A stretch of 64,000 bases of DNA from Squalus acanthias. Its lineage: Eukaryota. The notes below the pieces were generated by a model. That model was not told where the DNA came from and did not search any database. It saw only the letters and a list, made by a program, of their open reading frames with translations. A program made the translations under genes and the position numbers. Of this stretch, positions 39,601 through 50,237 are shown one piece after another. Within the stretch, counting starts at the first letter, position 1; every line of letters begins with the position of its first letter. The stretch is from assembly GCA_030390025.1 (NCBI GenBank), contig CM059432.1, forward strand, positions 131,380,001 through 131,444,000, written 5' to 3'.

Positions 39601-42600
39601 AGCGACACCCTGGTCCACTCCTCTATCACCCCTTCCCCTTCGCCTGGCACCTTTACATGCAAGTTTAGGAGATGCAACACATGCCCTTTTACCGCCTCTC
39701 TTCCCACTATCCAGGGCCCCAAACACGGCTTCCAGGTGAAACAGCGATTTACTTGTACTTCTTGCAATTTAGTACTGTATTCGCTGCTCACGATGCGGTC
39801 TCCTCTACATTGGGGAGACCAAACGCAGATTGGGTGACCGCTTTGTGGAACACCTCCATTCAGTCCGTAAGGGTGGCCCCGAGTTTCCGGTCGCCTGTCA
39901 CTTTAATTCTCCGCTCCACTCCCACTCTGACCTCTCTGTCTCGGCCTCTTACACTGTTCCAATGATTGGTTCTGTGTGTCTCTTATACATACATTGGGTT
40001 ATATATACAATAGTGTGTGATGTTGGCCGTAGTTTTTTTTAGTACACTGCTGAAAAATAAACTACATAAGTAAGAAAGAACTTGTACTTTTATAGTGCCT
40101 TAGCACATCCCCGGGACATCTCAAAGAACTTCACATTCAATTAATTACTGTTGAGGTGTAGTAGCTGTTATATAGACAAACCTAGCAGCCAGTTTGCATA
40201 TGGCAAGGTCTCACAAACCGCAGATGTTACAAAACACGTTTTTGGTGGTGTTGGTTGAGAGAAGAATGTTGGCCAGAATGCTGAGAAACTCCTTGCTGTT
40301 TTGTACTATGCATGGGAACTTGCATCTGAGGTTGTGCCTCAGTTTAATACCTTATTTGAAAGACGGTACCTCTAATAATGCAGCACTCCCACAGTACTGT
40401 ATTTATGTGCTCAAGTCCTGGAGTAGGCCTTGATCCTACAACCTTCTGACTCAGGTGAGAGTGCTACCTTTTGACCAAGCTGACATTGTAATTATGCTGT
40501 ATAAAATAAAATTAGGGAAAAATGTTGCATATCTCTCTCTCTTAGGGCAGTCCCTCGGAACCGAGGATGACTTGCTTCCACAATAAAAATGAGTTCTCAG
40601 GTGACTGATGAGTCCAATGTGGGACCTACAGTCTCTGTCACAGGTGGGGCAGACGGTGGTTGAAGGGGCGGGTGGGTGGGGTGCTTGGGTTGACGTGCGC
40701 TCCTTCTGTTGTTTGCGCTTGGCTTCCGTTTGCTCCCGGCAAAGAGACTCGAGGTGTTCGGCGCCTTCCCGGATGCTTCTCCACTTTGTGCGGTCTTGGG
40801 CCAGGGATTCCCAGGTGTCGGAGGGGATGTTGCACTTTTTCAAAGAGGCTTTGAGGGTGTCCTTGAAGCGTTTCCTCTGCCCACCTGGGGCTCTCCTGCC
40901 TTGTCAGAGCTCCAAGTAGAGCGCTTGTTTTGGGAGTCTCGTATCAGGCATGCGGACGATGTGGCCTGTCCATCGGAGCTGATCGAGCGTGGTCAAAGCT
41001 TCGATGCTGGGGATGTTGGCCTGAGCGAGAACACTGACGTTGGTGATTTGCAGGATCTTGCGGAGGCTGCGTTGGTGGTACCTCTCCAGTGCATTGAGGT
41101 GCCTGCTGTGCATGGTCCATGTCTCTGAGGCATACAGCAGGGCGGGTATTACTACTGCTCTGTAGACCATGAGCTTGGTGCCGGGTTTAAGGTCCTGGTC
41201 TTAAAACACTCTCTTCCTCAGGTGACTGAAGGCTGCACTGGCACACTGAAGGCGGTGTTGGAATTAGTCATTGATGTCTGCCCTTGTTGACAGTAAGCAC
41301 CCGAGGCATGGAAAGTGGTCCACGTTGTCCAAGGCCTCGTCGTGGATTTTGATAATCGGGGGGCAGTACTGTGTGGCGGGGGCAGGTTGGTAGAGGACCT
41401 TTGTCTTACGGATGTTTAGTATAAGGCCCATGCTCTCATACGCTTCGGTGAAGGTGTTGACGATGGTTTGGAGTTCGACCTCCGAGTGTGCGCAGACGCA
41501 AGCGTCGTCTGCATACTGTAATTCGATGAGAGTGGATGGGACAACCTTGGATCTGGACTGGAGGCGATGGAGGTTGAACAGTTTCCCGTTTGTTCTGTAG
41601 ATTAGCTCCACTCCAGCGGGGAGCTTACTGAGGGTGAGATGGAGTATTGCAGCAAGGAAGATAGAGAAGAGCGTTGGTGCGATGACACAGCCTTGCTTGA
41701 CCCCGGTCTGTACGTGAATTGGGTCTGTGGTGGATCTGTTGGTCAGGATCACGGTTTGCATGTCGTCGTGAAGCAGGCAAAGGATGGTGACAAACTTTTG
41801 AGGGCAGCCGAATTTGAGGAGGACACTCCATAATCCTTCACAGTTGACAGTGTCGAAGGCCTTTGTGAGGTCAAAGAAGGCCATGTACAGCGGTTGGTGC
41901 TGTTCCCTGCGTTTCTCTTGTAATTGACGCGCAGTGAAGATCATGTCCATTGTGCCTCTTAGTGGGCGGAATTCGCATTGCGACTCTGGGAGGAGCTCTT
42001 CAGCCACTGGGAGAAGGCGATTGAGGAGGATTCTTGCGATGACTTTCCCTGTGGCAGACAGCAGGGAAACTCCTCTGTAATTACCGCAATCGAACTGTCA
42101 CCTTTCTTGAAGATGGTTACGATTACAGCATCTCTGAGATCTCCTCCTTCCAAATAAGAGAAATGAGTTCATGTATTCGCGCCAATAGTGCTTCTCCGCC
42201 ATGCTTTAGTGCCTCGGCGGCGATTCCATCTGCTCCTGAGGCCTTGTTCTTCAGTTATCAGATGGCCTTTTCAACCTCATGCCGGGCTGGGGTTGTGCTG
42301 AGGTGGTGGCGGGTAGCATGCTGTGGATGAAGTTGAGGACACTTGCGTCGAAGACCGAGTCTCGGTTAAGGAGATCTTCGAAGTGCTTCTTCCAGCGGGC
42401 ACCGACTGCCTCTCTGTCCTTGATGAGTACCTCTCTGTTCTTGGCCCGCAGTGGGGTAGGATCTTGGGTGCTTGGGTTGTAGGTGGTCTTGACTGCGCTA
42501 AAGATTCCACGCATGTCGTGGTTGTCGGCTAGCTGCTGGATCTCCTGCGCTTTCTCCACCCACCATCTGTTCGTTAGGTCGCGAGTTTTTTGTTGGACCT

Positions 42601-45600
42601 AGGCCTTCAGGCGTCTGTAGAGCTGCTTTCTTGCTCTCGAGTTGTGTTGCTGTTCCCACATTAAGGAATTCCTTGCGCTTGCGGCTTATTAGCTCCTGGA
42701 TCACCCGGTCGTTCTCGTCGAACCAGTCTTGGTGTTTCCTAGTCGAGTGACAGAGCGTCTCTTCACAGGTGCTGATTATGGAGGCCTTGAGTGCAGATCA
42801 GGCGCTGTGGACACTCTCTCTCTGAATCACTGGGCGTCGTCAGGTTGGTTGTGAGGCGCAAGCTGAATCGGGCTTTCTTAGCGGGGTCTTTGAGTGCTCC
42901 AGCGTTGATTTTCCTGCGGCATTATTTCTGTTGCCGCCGCTGTTTTGGGGCTACATTGACGGAGATGACAGAGTGGATTAGGCGGTGGTCTGTCCAGCAG
43001 TCGTCAGCTCCTGTCATGTTGATGCGGACGTCCTTGCGGTCCCTCGCTCGGATGATGACGTAGTCCAGCAGATGCCAGTGCTTGGAGCGAGGGTGTTGCC
43101 ATGAAGACTTGTACTTGTCTCTCTGACGGAACAAGGTGTTGGTTCGGACAAGGCCATGTTCTAAGCATTTCGTCAGGAGGAGGGTACCGTTGGAGTTGGC
43201 TTTCTCTGCCCCCTCTCTGCCGATCACACCTCCCCAGAGGTCTTTGTCCTTTTCAACTCTGGTGTTAAAGTCGCCAAGAAGGATCAGCTTGTCGCCCGTT
43301 GGGACTCGGGACAGGGATTGTTCAAGGCTGGAGTGAATTCCTCTTTGGTCTCGTCTGTGGCTTCCAGTGTTGGGGCGCACGCACTGATGACCATAGCGCA
43401 CTGGTTCCGGACTAGGTTGAGCCGAAGAGTCATGAGGCGTTCGTTTATTCTGCAAGGGGAGTCTCTGAGATGTCCAACTAGCTCATTTTTTTTATGGCGA
43501 AGCCTACCCCATGGAGGCAGCGTTCTTCTTCAGGTTTGCCTTTCCAGAAGAAGGTGTAACCACCGCCTGGCTCCTTGAGCTGGCCTTCCCCTGCCCGCCG
43601 GGTCTCGCTTAGGGCGGCGATGTCTATGTCGAAGCGTCCGAGCTCCCGGGCAACGATAGCAGTACGATGTTCCAGTCTGTCACTGTTGGGGTTGTCCATG
43701 AGAGTCCTGACATTCCAGGTCCCGAACTTCATTTTACAGGGTGTAAGATGCCTGTGCGTGAATTATTTTATCGTGGGGTGGCCGTTGCACATCAGCTACC
43801 ACACTGGCTTGACCTGAGCAAGGTCTTGGTCCAATGGCAAGGGGATCCAAGACGATTGGAGACCAGGCTCTGCCACATCGGCCAAGCTGACATTGTAATA
43901 ATGCTGTATAAAATAAAATTAGGGAAAAAATGTTGCATATATAATCAATAAAATAAACATGCATTTTTTTAAAAATACTGACTAGATTAAATTTTCTTTC
44001 TAACAATTGTAAACTGAGTATTGGACTGGGGAAGAGGTAGAAGAATGGATTTTGACACTTAGAAACAGATTATTAATTTGATATTGCATTATCTTGGATA
44101 ATTTCTGTCCAATGATTTACGGTTAGTTTTAAATATATTTACTTCTCTTTCTGTAGGTGTTCAAAAATGCCTATATTCCCAGGACACTGAATGAAGTGAA
44201 GCATTATGAACGAGATGTTGACATAATGATGAAGCTCAAGGAAGAAGATATGATTATGAATAGACAGCATGACAATGTAAGTGGTAGTCCATGTGATCTG
44301 CTATAGGAAAAAAAGCTGAGTTTTGTGTGAAAATATTAATATTGCTTATTAAAAGAATGCTCCAGGGAAAGACATTGGCCTTATCCTTGTCTATTAGTGG
44401 AAACCTCTCCATCAATTTTTTTTAATGATTTCTACAAGTTCCTACCCCCAAGTAGCTTTTCTTCGAACAGAAATTGTAATTTTCACACTTTTTTTCAGCT
44501 GGAGCACTTAAATTTTTAATTTTGCTTTGCTGTGGATACCAATACACTGACCCGGATTTTGCTGTAATAATAACAAGGTTATTACAGGGTAAATCTGACA
44601 GCCACTTCTGGCGTCCACAGATGCGCAGTTAAATGCGAAAATCCAGAAGTTGCTGTCAGAGGTACCCTGCTCCTCCACAAGGCGCGCTGTTGCATTCCTC
44701 GCCAATAGATTTGGCATTGAAATCCCTGTAATGGCGTGAACTTGTGGTACTTACCCATTAGTTCCGCACTAAAGACGGATGAAAAAGTTAGGGCTGGTGC
44801 ATTCAGAAGTGAGTGAGTTTTTAACTGCGTAATGAGTGATGATTACTGCTGAACAACCTCTGTGGCCCTGAAAAATTAATTTTAGAAGTGTGGAGTTGCA
44901 TTCCCTCAGAAAATTAAAATATATATTTTTTTGTTTTTGTTTTTCTCTTTTATTTATCTCCCTTAATCTCATTTATATGTCCCAATCTTTATTTTGCTTC
45001 CTGTACAATGATTTAAATGCAATTTATATTCTTTTTTTTTTACTTCCTGGTTTGCAGTCTGCATGTCTGTGAGGATACTTCAATCTGATTGGTTGAAGAG
45101 CCTCGCTGTTGCTTGTCCTGCTCACAGACGCCACAGATACCCTGTAGAGGGCACCGCATTGAAACCGATGCCGGATTAGTAGAGATCTCCGCTGACAATC
45201 TGGCGAAAAGTCTGGGCAACTGTTCGTGAGGTGAACAGCGAAAGCCGTTCCTTCACCGCTGAGAGGAAAATCCAGGCCATTGTGTCTGTCAGCTTTTTAT
45301 TACAGAGATGAGTTGGCTGAGTGTGGGGAAATCCACAAAACAATCATGATTCCACACCCAGCTTCAGAAACAATGGTACAGCAGCCATGAGTTGGCCAGC
45401 CATTATGTGACAAATGGGGCTTTTGAGGGATGGTAGTGCTTTGGTATGGAACACCTTCCCACTTCAGGCACCCATGTCCGCATCAAGCAGAGTTCCAGCT
45501 GAAGAGTGAAACTTCCTCCATTCTGACCTAACAAAATGCAACCGTGTGAAATTTCCATAACCCACATAAACCACCTGTGTGGTATTCTCAAATAGTTTCA

Positions 45601-47808
45601 AGTTAATGGCATATTGTGCAAATTTGTTCCTTTAGTGCTAATTGTACACATTTTAAATTAATTGATGCTTTAAAATATGTCTGTTTTCAAATGCCAAGTG
45701 CATCTACTCTTTGAGAAGTCTGGTGGCATACTTAATAAATCAAAATGTATTGTTTAGAAAATACTGCATATGAAAAAATGCTCCATCCTTTATTATAACG
45801 TATACCATCAGAAAAGCATAATGTTTACAAATGTTTTCCAATAGTAGATTAAAAACCACAGTCTAATCTGAACTTTTATTTTTGCTTAGATTCTGTACCA
45901 GACAGTAACTGGAATGAAGAAAGACTTGACTGGTGTGCAACAGGTAAGATTTGTACTTATTATGCCAAATACATTCAGAAGTCAAGAATCTTGTATGTCC
46001 AGCAGTCCTTTCGGGGGTCCCAGGATCTGGTCTAAATTATGAATGAAGGTTAAGGAAGTTGTGCTTATTTTGTTTGGAAACGGGAAGACCAAGTTGTCAA
46101 GATTATATAGGGGATTGACAAAGTTGATCTGGGCAAATTGTTCATTTTAGGGAAGGATTCAAATAGCAAATTTAAAAATTAGGAAGTTAAATAGAACTTT
46201 TTTTTAACATAAAGGATAATAGATTAACTTTCCAGGAAGGCCATTAAATAAATAATGCAAGTGGATTTGAGTTGATTCAATCTGTTTCTAGAGACAAGAT
46301 ATTTGGGAATGTGGTGAGTAGGTGGGTTGAGATTAATCAAGGAGTGATGGGCTTGTTAAGCCAATTCGCCTTTCCTGTTGCTAAAAAATAAAATCTCATC
46401 GGAGCAACTGAATAATTATTGTACACTTGGCTTCAACAATAATGAACCCGTCAGTAATTGGGGTCTGCACTTTTAATTTATTGTATGGATTGTGTGTGGC
46501 AGATTAAGTTCCATTAATCCAAAACTTTAATTCATTTTAATTTATTTATACCAGGTACCTGCTCTCCTCGAGAATTCGGAAGAAAGTGATGAAAAATCTA
46601 ATTCTGAACATGATAGCTCTGAATCAGAGCTTGGTTCTGATGAAGAGGGAGATGGGATCCATCCTAAAGAACATACTCAGGAAGACAAAACTAACAAAAA
46701 GGTTAGTTTTCATTTGTCAGTCAGATTCCTTTAGAAATCGTTCATCTTCATGGCTGAGGGGGAGCTTGGTAGAATTATTGGTGTCCTAGCATTTAAGGTG
46801 CAGGCAATGGTTTTAACATTAAAGTTTCCACCTGACAATTTTGCTACTTATTATTACAGTAAGTGCAGCAAATTAGGTTTCAGTGCTGTTGTGAATGGTA
46901 CAGTGTAGCTGTGCAAAGTAAACTTGTGCTATTTAGTATTTCGAAACCTTGAATGATTTAATGCTCAGTTTTTTATTGTTAATGCTAATTGATGACCACG
47001 GGGAGTAAAGATGAAATGCAGGCTTCAGTCCAAGTGTGGTTAGAGGCAGGGTATAATTCAACCAGGGACTGCTGTGATGGAGACTAGAAGATGTCAAAGG
47101 GGGAACGTAAAGGGGGATTTTCAGAGAACACAAAAGAAAGTGACCTAGAGTAACTGGATTCTACTCCAACTTCCTCCCTATCCACCCAGAAAAAGTGGCT
47201 TTGTGCCTTCAGGGCCAAGGAATTATTTTTTGGGTGGGGTGGGGTGGGTGCTAGTTTTGCTAGGAATGAGTGGATGGTGTGCAAGGTTGTACCACTGACT
47301 GGTTGCGGTGGGCTTGTTGGGCCTAATTCTTTCCCTTTACATATTATGTTCAGGGACCAATCACATTCCAGGACCATAAGAAAGTAAGTTTTAGAGCCAG
47401 GCCCCCAATCACCAGTGAGCAATGGTTTAGTTTGGTAGAGGAATACTGGAAGTACTGGAGTGTTAATTTTTTAACTAGTGCACTATTTTTTTGGCAGTCG
47501 ACATATTTTCCTGTAAATATTACTTCTAGAGATGTAATTATTACTTTCATTATTGGTACTGCTGAGAGTGAATTAATGTAATAAATTGACAAGAAGTTAG
47601 TTAGACTGGAATACAATGAAAAAAGTAAAATTAGTATTGATTCATCTGTGTTTATTACATGTATCTGAACAATGTTATTTCTGTTTATCTATAGGACAGG
47701 AAAAGATTAGTTAAAGAAGCCCAGCGAGAAAAACGAAGAAACAAAGTGCCTAAACATGTCAAGAAAAGAAAAGAGAAGGTTGCTAAAATGAAGAAAGGGA
47801 AAGCATAG
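15414..47808 (+). CDS. RIOK1: Serine/threonine-protein kinase RIO1 (RIOK1), 17 coding exons, 562 aa: join(15414..15484,18973..19165,20576..20663,21483..21552,23287..23329,24409..24501,26351..26463,27354..27434,28701..28787,30052..30189,31809..31912,32870..32976,36602..36667,44157..44276,45890..45943,46555..46701,47695..47808)
   Basis: Manually spliced. All 16 introns are GT-AG with matching phases, giving a 1689-nt open frame from ATG to TAG. RIO1 motifs present: STGKEANVYH (P-loop), [20 protein letters not shown] (catalytic loop), [13 protein letters not shown] (metal-binding), and a basic C-terminal KHVKKRKEK tail. Confidence 0.97.
15654..16095. repeat. Minisatellite, about 19-bp unit GGTGCCCTGCTGGTACGAT, about 20 degenerate copies, RIOK1 intron 1
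   Basis: CTGCTGG core recurs at mostly 19- or 25-bp spacing. Confidence 0.9.
17196..17920 (+). mobile_element. CR1 LINE 3' fragment
   Basis: ORF 17369..17857: [19 protein letters not shown]...; tail ttcttatgttctt. Confidence 0.92.
17271..17354 (-). mobile_element. 84-bp insertion (probable tail of a second Penelope-like family) with 9-bp TSD
   Basis: TSD AATTATACA at 17262-17270 and 17355-17363; near-identical copy at 58253..58329. Confidence 0.7.
18118..18969 (+). mobile_element. L2-type LINE 3' fragment ending at the RIOK1 exon 2 acceptor
   Basis: [36 protein letters not shown]; (GTT)n tail ends just before the AG at 18971-18972. Confidence 0.88.
18334..18498. mobile_element. Non-autonomous hAT-like DNA element nested in the L2
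   Basis: Termini CAACGTTCC / GGAAACATTA; 8-bp TSD ACTGCCTG / GCTGCCTG (7/8 match). Confidence 0.65.
18973..19165 (+). CDS. RIOK1: RIOK1 exon 2 (acidic segment, DWDWDD...YNQQ)
   Basis: tttag| acceptor, CAG|gtaatg donor; DWDWD motif; phase 2 to 0. Confidence 0.9.
19556..20315. mobile_element. Harbinger-type MITE
   Basis: TIRs GGGCCAGAAATTC / GAATTTCTGGGCC; CpG-rich ends and AT-rich core. Confidence 0.75.
20576..20663 (+). CDS. RIOK1: RIOK1 exon 3 ([29 protein letters not shown])
   Basis: ttcag| acceptor, G|gtaagt donor; conserved peptide. Confidence 0.96.
21483..21552 (+). CDS. RIOK1: RIOK1 exon 4 ([24 protein letters not shown])
   Basis: cttag| acceptor, AT|gtaagt donor; phase-consistent. 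Confidence 0.96.
22251..22953. mobile_element. Harbinger-type MITE (related to 33328 and 44549 copies)
   Basis: TIRs GGCCAAGATTTTGCTG / CAGCAAAATCCATGCCC; internal similarity to 44549..45278. Confidence 0.65.
23287..23329 (+). CDS. RIOK1: RIOK1 exon 5 ([14 protein letters not shown])
   Basis: tttag| acceptor, CAG|gtaata donor; [11 protein letters not shown] motif. Confidence 0.97.
24409..24501 (+). CDS. RIOK1: RIOK1 exon 6 ([31 protein letters not shown])
   Basis: Canonical splice sites; start of the kinase P-loop. Confidence 0.98.
24715..24933. mobile_element. Head-to-head inverted pair of Penelope tails, with a hammerhead motif at 24836-24878
   Basis: Left arm is the reverse complement of the tail at 1081..1210; right arm is the forward tail. 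Confidence 0.8.
26351..26463 (+). CDS. RIOK1: RIOK1 exon 7 ([38 protein letters not shown])
   Basis: aacag| acceptor, AG|gtaaga donor; catalytic Lys motif AIKIYK. Confidence 0.98.
27354..27434 (+). CDS. RIOK1: RIOK1 exon 8 ([27 protein letters not shown])
   Basis: Canonical splice sites; WAEKEMRNL motif. Confidence 0.98.
28128..28290 (-). mobile_element. Degenerate DeuSINE fragment
   Basis: Similar to 57360..57545 (gcagcagccaatttgcacaca...ggacacc...aatagtgccatagga). Confidence 0.6.
28701..28787 (+). CDS. RIOK1: RIOK1 exon 9 ([29 protein letters not shown])
   Basis: cgcag| acceptor, AT|gtgagt donor. Confidence 0.98.
29187..29825 (-). mobile_element. L2-type LINE 3' fragment
   Basis: (CAA)n tail; [25 protein letters not shown] on the minus strand. 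Confidence 0.85.
30052..30189 (+). CDS. RIOK1: RIOK1 exon 10 ([19 protein letters not shown]...[12 protein letters not shown])
   Basis: Canonical splice sites; catalytic loop HADLSEFN. Confidence 0.98.
30952..31492 (-). mobile_element. CR1 LINE 3' fragment
   Basis: Homologous to 7321..7970 and 56308..57119. Confidence 0.85.
31809..31912 (+). CDS. RIOK1: RIOK1 exon 11 ([34 protein letters not shown])
   Basis: tgtag| acceptor, G|gtgagt donor; IDVSQSV metal-binding motif. Confidence 0.98.
32870..32976 (+). CDS. RIOK1: RIOK1 exon 12 ([36 protein letters not shown])
   Basis: gatag| acceptor, AAG|gtagga donor. Confidence 0.97.
33328..34071. mobile_element. Harbinger-type MITE
   Basis: TIRs TGCCCAGATTTTG / CAAATTCCGGGCC; inverted homolog of 44549..45278. 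Confidence 0.7.
35459..36330 (-). mobile_element. CR1 LINE 3' fragment
   Basis: [46 protein letters not shown]. Confidence 0.85.
36602..36667 (+). CDS. RIOK1: RIOK1 exon 13 ([22 protein letters not shown])
   Basis: attag| acceptor, GAG|gtgtgt donor; 66 nt, phase 0-0. Confidence 0.95.
37466..38893 (+). mobile_element. Degenerate L2-type LINE (RT remnants and 3' tail)
   Basis: [47 protein letters not shown]. Confidence 0.85.
38923..39962 (+). mobile_element. Penelope-like element fragment: RT C-terminus and GIY-YIG endonuclease, frameshifted
   Basis: [86 protein letters not shown]. Confidence 0.92.
40072..40485 (-). mobile_element. Degenerate DeuSINE; its head is the RTE insertion site
   Basis: Homologous to 57288..57737; tRNA-like head at about 40410-40485 on the minus strand. 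Confidence 0.65.
40533..43881 (-). mobile_element. Near full-length RTE-clade LINE (single APE-RT ORF, now frameshifted) with a 58-bp TSD
   Basis: [11 protein letters not shown] (43732), [39 protein letters not shown]-terminal [21 protein letters not shown]; (AG)n tail; direct repeats at 40475-40532 and 43882-43940. Confidence 0.95.
44157..44276 (+). CDS. RIOK1: RIOK1 exon 14 ([40 protein letters not shown])
   Basis: tgtag| acceptor, AAT|gtaagt donor; YIPRTLNEV motif. Confidence 0.97.
44549..45278. mobile_element. Harbinger-type MITE
   Basis: TIRs GACCCGGATTTT / AAAATCCAGGCC; flanks ACT and ATT. Confidence 0.7.
45890..45943 (+). CDS. RIOK1: RIOK1 exon 15 ([18 protein letters not shown])
   Basis: cttag| acceptor, CAG|gtaaga donor. 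Confidence 0.96.
46555..46701 (+). CDS. RIOK1: RIOK1 exon 16 ([11 protein letters not shown]...EDKTNKK)
   Basis: accag| acceptor, AAG|gttagt donor; 147 nt, phase 0-0. Confidence 0.95.
47695..47808 (+). CDS. RIOK1: RIOK1 exon 17, coding part ([37 protein letters not shown])
   Basis: tatag| acceptor; basic RIO1 C-terminal tail; TAG stop at 47806-47808. Confidence 0.97.
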   Translation, partial: DRKRLVKEAQREKRRNKVPKHVKKRKEKVAKMKKGKA

Positions 47809-47869
47809 AAATTTTAATTGGACTATTAAAGCAGTTGGTGACCAGAGAGTTTGTTGGTTGGCAACCGTT

Positions 47870-48115
47870 CACAAGATTATTAAATGAGGAAGGCCATTTT
47901 GCCCATCTTGTTTCATCCATCCAGGAAGACACTACAGCTCCCCCCATTGCAGCACCTAATTGTTTCTTCAATAATTCCTGGGTTTTCTCCGCCACTACTC
48001 AATCTGGAAGTCCATTCCACATGTTGATTACTCTTTGTGTGAGGAAGAGCATTCTGATAGCTGTCCTAAATTTACCTTTTACCAGATTGAACCTGGGTCC
48101 ACTTAGCCTATTCTA
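47870..48115 (-). mobile_element. Old antisense CR1 3' fragment in the RIOK1 3'UTR
   Basis: Reverse complement reads ...ttcctcacacaaagagtaatcaacatgtggaatggacttccag..., the CR1 'TQRVINMWNGLP' region. Confidence 0.6.
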
Positions 48116-49321
48116 GCAATTTAAAGTAATATATAATCTTGATAGATGACTAAACTAGAGAGGTAATGTGTTATATTTTATCCATTACTTTAATGAATGA
48201 GCAGCACATAATGTCAGCATTATGTATGTGTAAATAGAAGGAATATGAAACTGAACTAATTTGTTGGAAAATATTCATGAAAGGCACCTGCTATCAGAAT
48301 TTAGCAACAAACCTTTTACGGTAGGAATTTCTAAACAGCACAGTGCTAAGCAGTGGTGTCTGTTGGCTGTATTTTCCCCCAAAACTCAAATTTCCTTAAT
48401 TCTTAATGCAGTGCATGTATTGGAAAACATGTTCAAGTAGAAAATAATTTTTAAAATGGAATGCAGATTGCTGGAAACAAAGATTTGGAAGCATTGTTGT
48501 AGGAGGGGGAGCTGGGTTCAAATTCAGCCCAAGCTGATAGGATGGCTGATTCTGTCCCAAGTCAAATTAATTTGATCAGTCTAAACTCAGTTTTTGATGA
48601 ACACTGGTCAATAGCACTGAACTTCCTAAGATACAGCACAAATTGACAGTCACATTCAGAGAGCCTTAAGGATAGACGATTGGAATGTTAAAATTCTAAT
48701 GGGGAATCACCTTTTGAAGTTGAGATCGAAGCATGTTATTGGGACAAAGTCGGAGGAGTGCTTTACTTTACCTTTGGCTATGTTGTACCTGGCCTGGGAG
48801 TGTCTAGTGCTAACATGTGGTTCCCAAAGTAAAAGTATATCTTTCCACACCACTGACATCCCTTACCTTGGTGTGTATTTAAAAAATATAGGGAACACAT
48901 TGTTCCAAATTGTTTTGAATAACCAAGGCTCATTGTTCATATTTAATATCATGTATGCAGTTTTTCCTCCCATTGTTAAAGATGTCAAATGGTGTCATTG
49001 CCATTATGGTGTCTGGCTCCGCAGCAAATCCTTACTTACTTTTAATCTCCTCAGCAAGATTTCCAGCCACTAAAACTACAGAAGAATTTTCAACATGTTT
49101 TGGTAAATCTTGTGCTGATGTATATGTATAGAAACAAAAAATTGATTTATTTTTGAATTCTGAAATACATTCTGCAGTTCTAATGATGTTTAGAAAGTAT
49201 GAGTTAATCCCCTATATGTTGCATTTTTATATGCAGCATATAGGAAAGTTAATTCTCACTTTATATGCATTTCCAAATGAGTTTTTTATTTGTGTACACC
49301 GGTAAACCAATGCTTATGCAA

Positions 49322-49327
49322 AATAAA
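49322..49327 (+). terminator. Candidate RIOK1 polyadenylation signal (AATAAA)
   Basis: AATAAA about 1.5 kb after the stop codon, following an AT-rich 3'UTR-like tract and preceding a TG/T-rich stretch. Confidence 0.5.
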
Positions 49328-49487
49328 ACTTAATACCATAGCATCTGTGTCTCTCTTATTTGAATGTGAGATCACTTGTAAGCTATGGCTCATTGTCTCA
49401 GCTTTACAGCAAAGACTACTGAATGTGGAAGTGAGGTATGAAGTTGTAATTCAATCTCCGGACCTACAGAGTGTTCACAAACTCTTT

Positions 49488-50237
49488 GGGCTGGATTTTC
49501 TCAATGGAGACGTGCTGGAGGCAGGACTTCTGGTTTCCCGGTTTCAGTCCCGCCCCCGGCGACGTCTGACCAACCCACACTATTTTCCCTTGATTGGCCT
49601 TGTTAAGCCTGCCCTGCGGGCTTACCGGCCAATTAAGGGAAAGCCAGTGACAGATGACGTCAGCGTATATTTGAGAAGCTGTCAAACACTGACAATCTCT
49701 GTTCTAAGGTGAGCCCTTGCACACAGGCTCACCAAGACCTCTCTCCTCAGCATAAAGCAGATGGCTGCTACATCTGAGAATGCAGCAGCCATTCTGCCGT
49801 TGAGATGAGGCACCTCCGGATCCTCAAAGGTTGAAGCCTGCAGAAAGAAGCAAAAGTAAGGAAACTTTTTCCAACACTTTACACTCACCTCTCATACTTA
49901 CCTGTCCACACTTGCACCCATCACTCACCTCTACAGCTGACATTTCGACCCCTCTCACCCCCGCAGACCCCACTGCTCACCTCGCTGACCCTGGCGGGGT
50001 TTCCCGACGTCGGGAAGCCCGCATCGGCAGGCGTAAAATAGTAAAAAGCCTCTTAACTACCTGTTAACAGGCAGTTAATTGGCTCTAATCCCCTTCCCGC
50101 CTCGAGGAGACAGGTCCCTGCGCAAGTTGGGGACCTGCCTCCCGGGAAGATGGTTGGGGATGGGGTTGGGAATCGCTCCCAATTTTTCCCCATTTTCCCA
50201 GCAGTCCCGCCTCCTCTGGACTTGTAAAATCCAACCC
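49488..50237. mobile_element. Harbinger-type MITE
   Basis: TIRs GGGCTGGATTTT / AAAATCCAACCC; TTT TSD; inverted homolog at 60988..61714. Confidence 0.75.

Noticed and set aside
43733..43881. HDV-like ribozyme in the RTE 5'UTR
   Set aside because: Known in some RTE elements, but I could not build a convincing nested double pseudoknot by eye. It needs a descriptor-based search.
48500..48700. LF-SINE-like remnant in the RIOK1 3'UTR
   Set aside because: Only a faint resemblance from memory and too degenerate to call.
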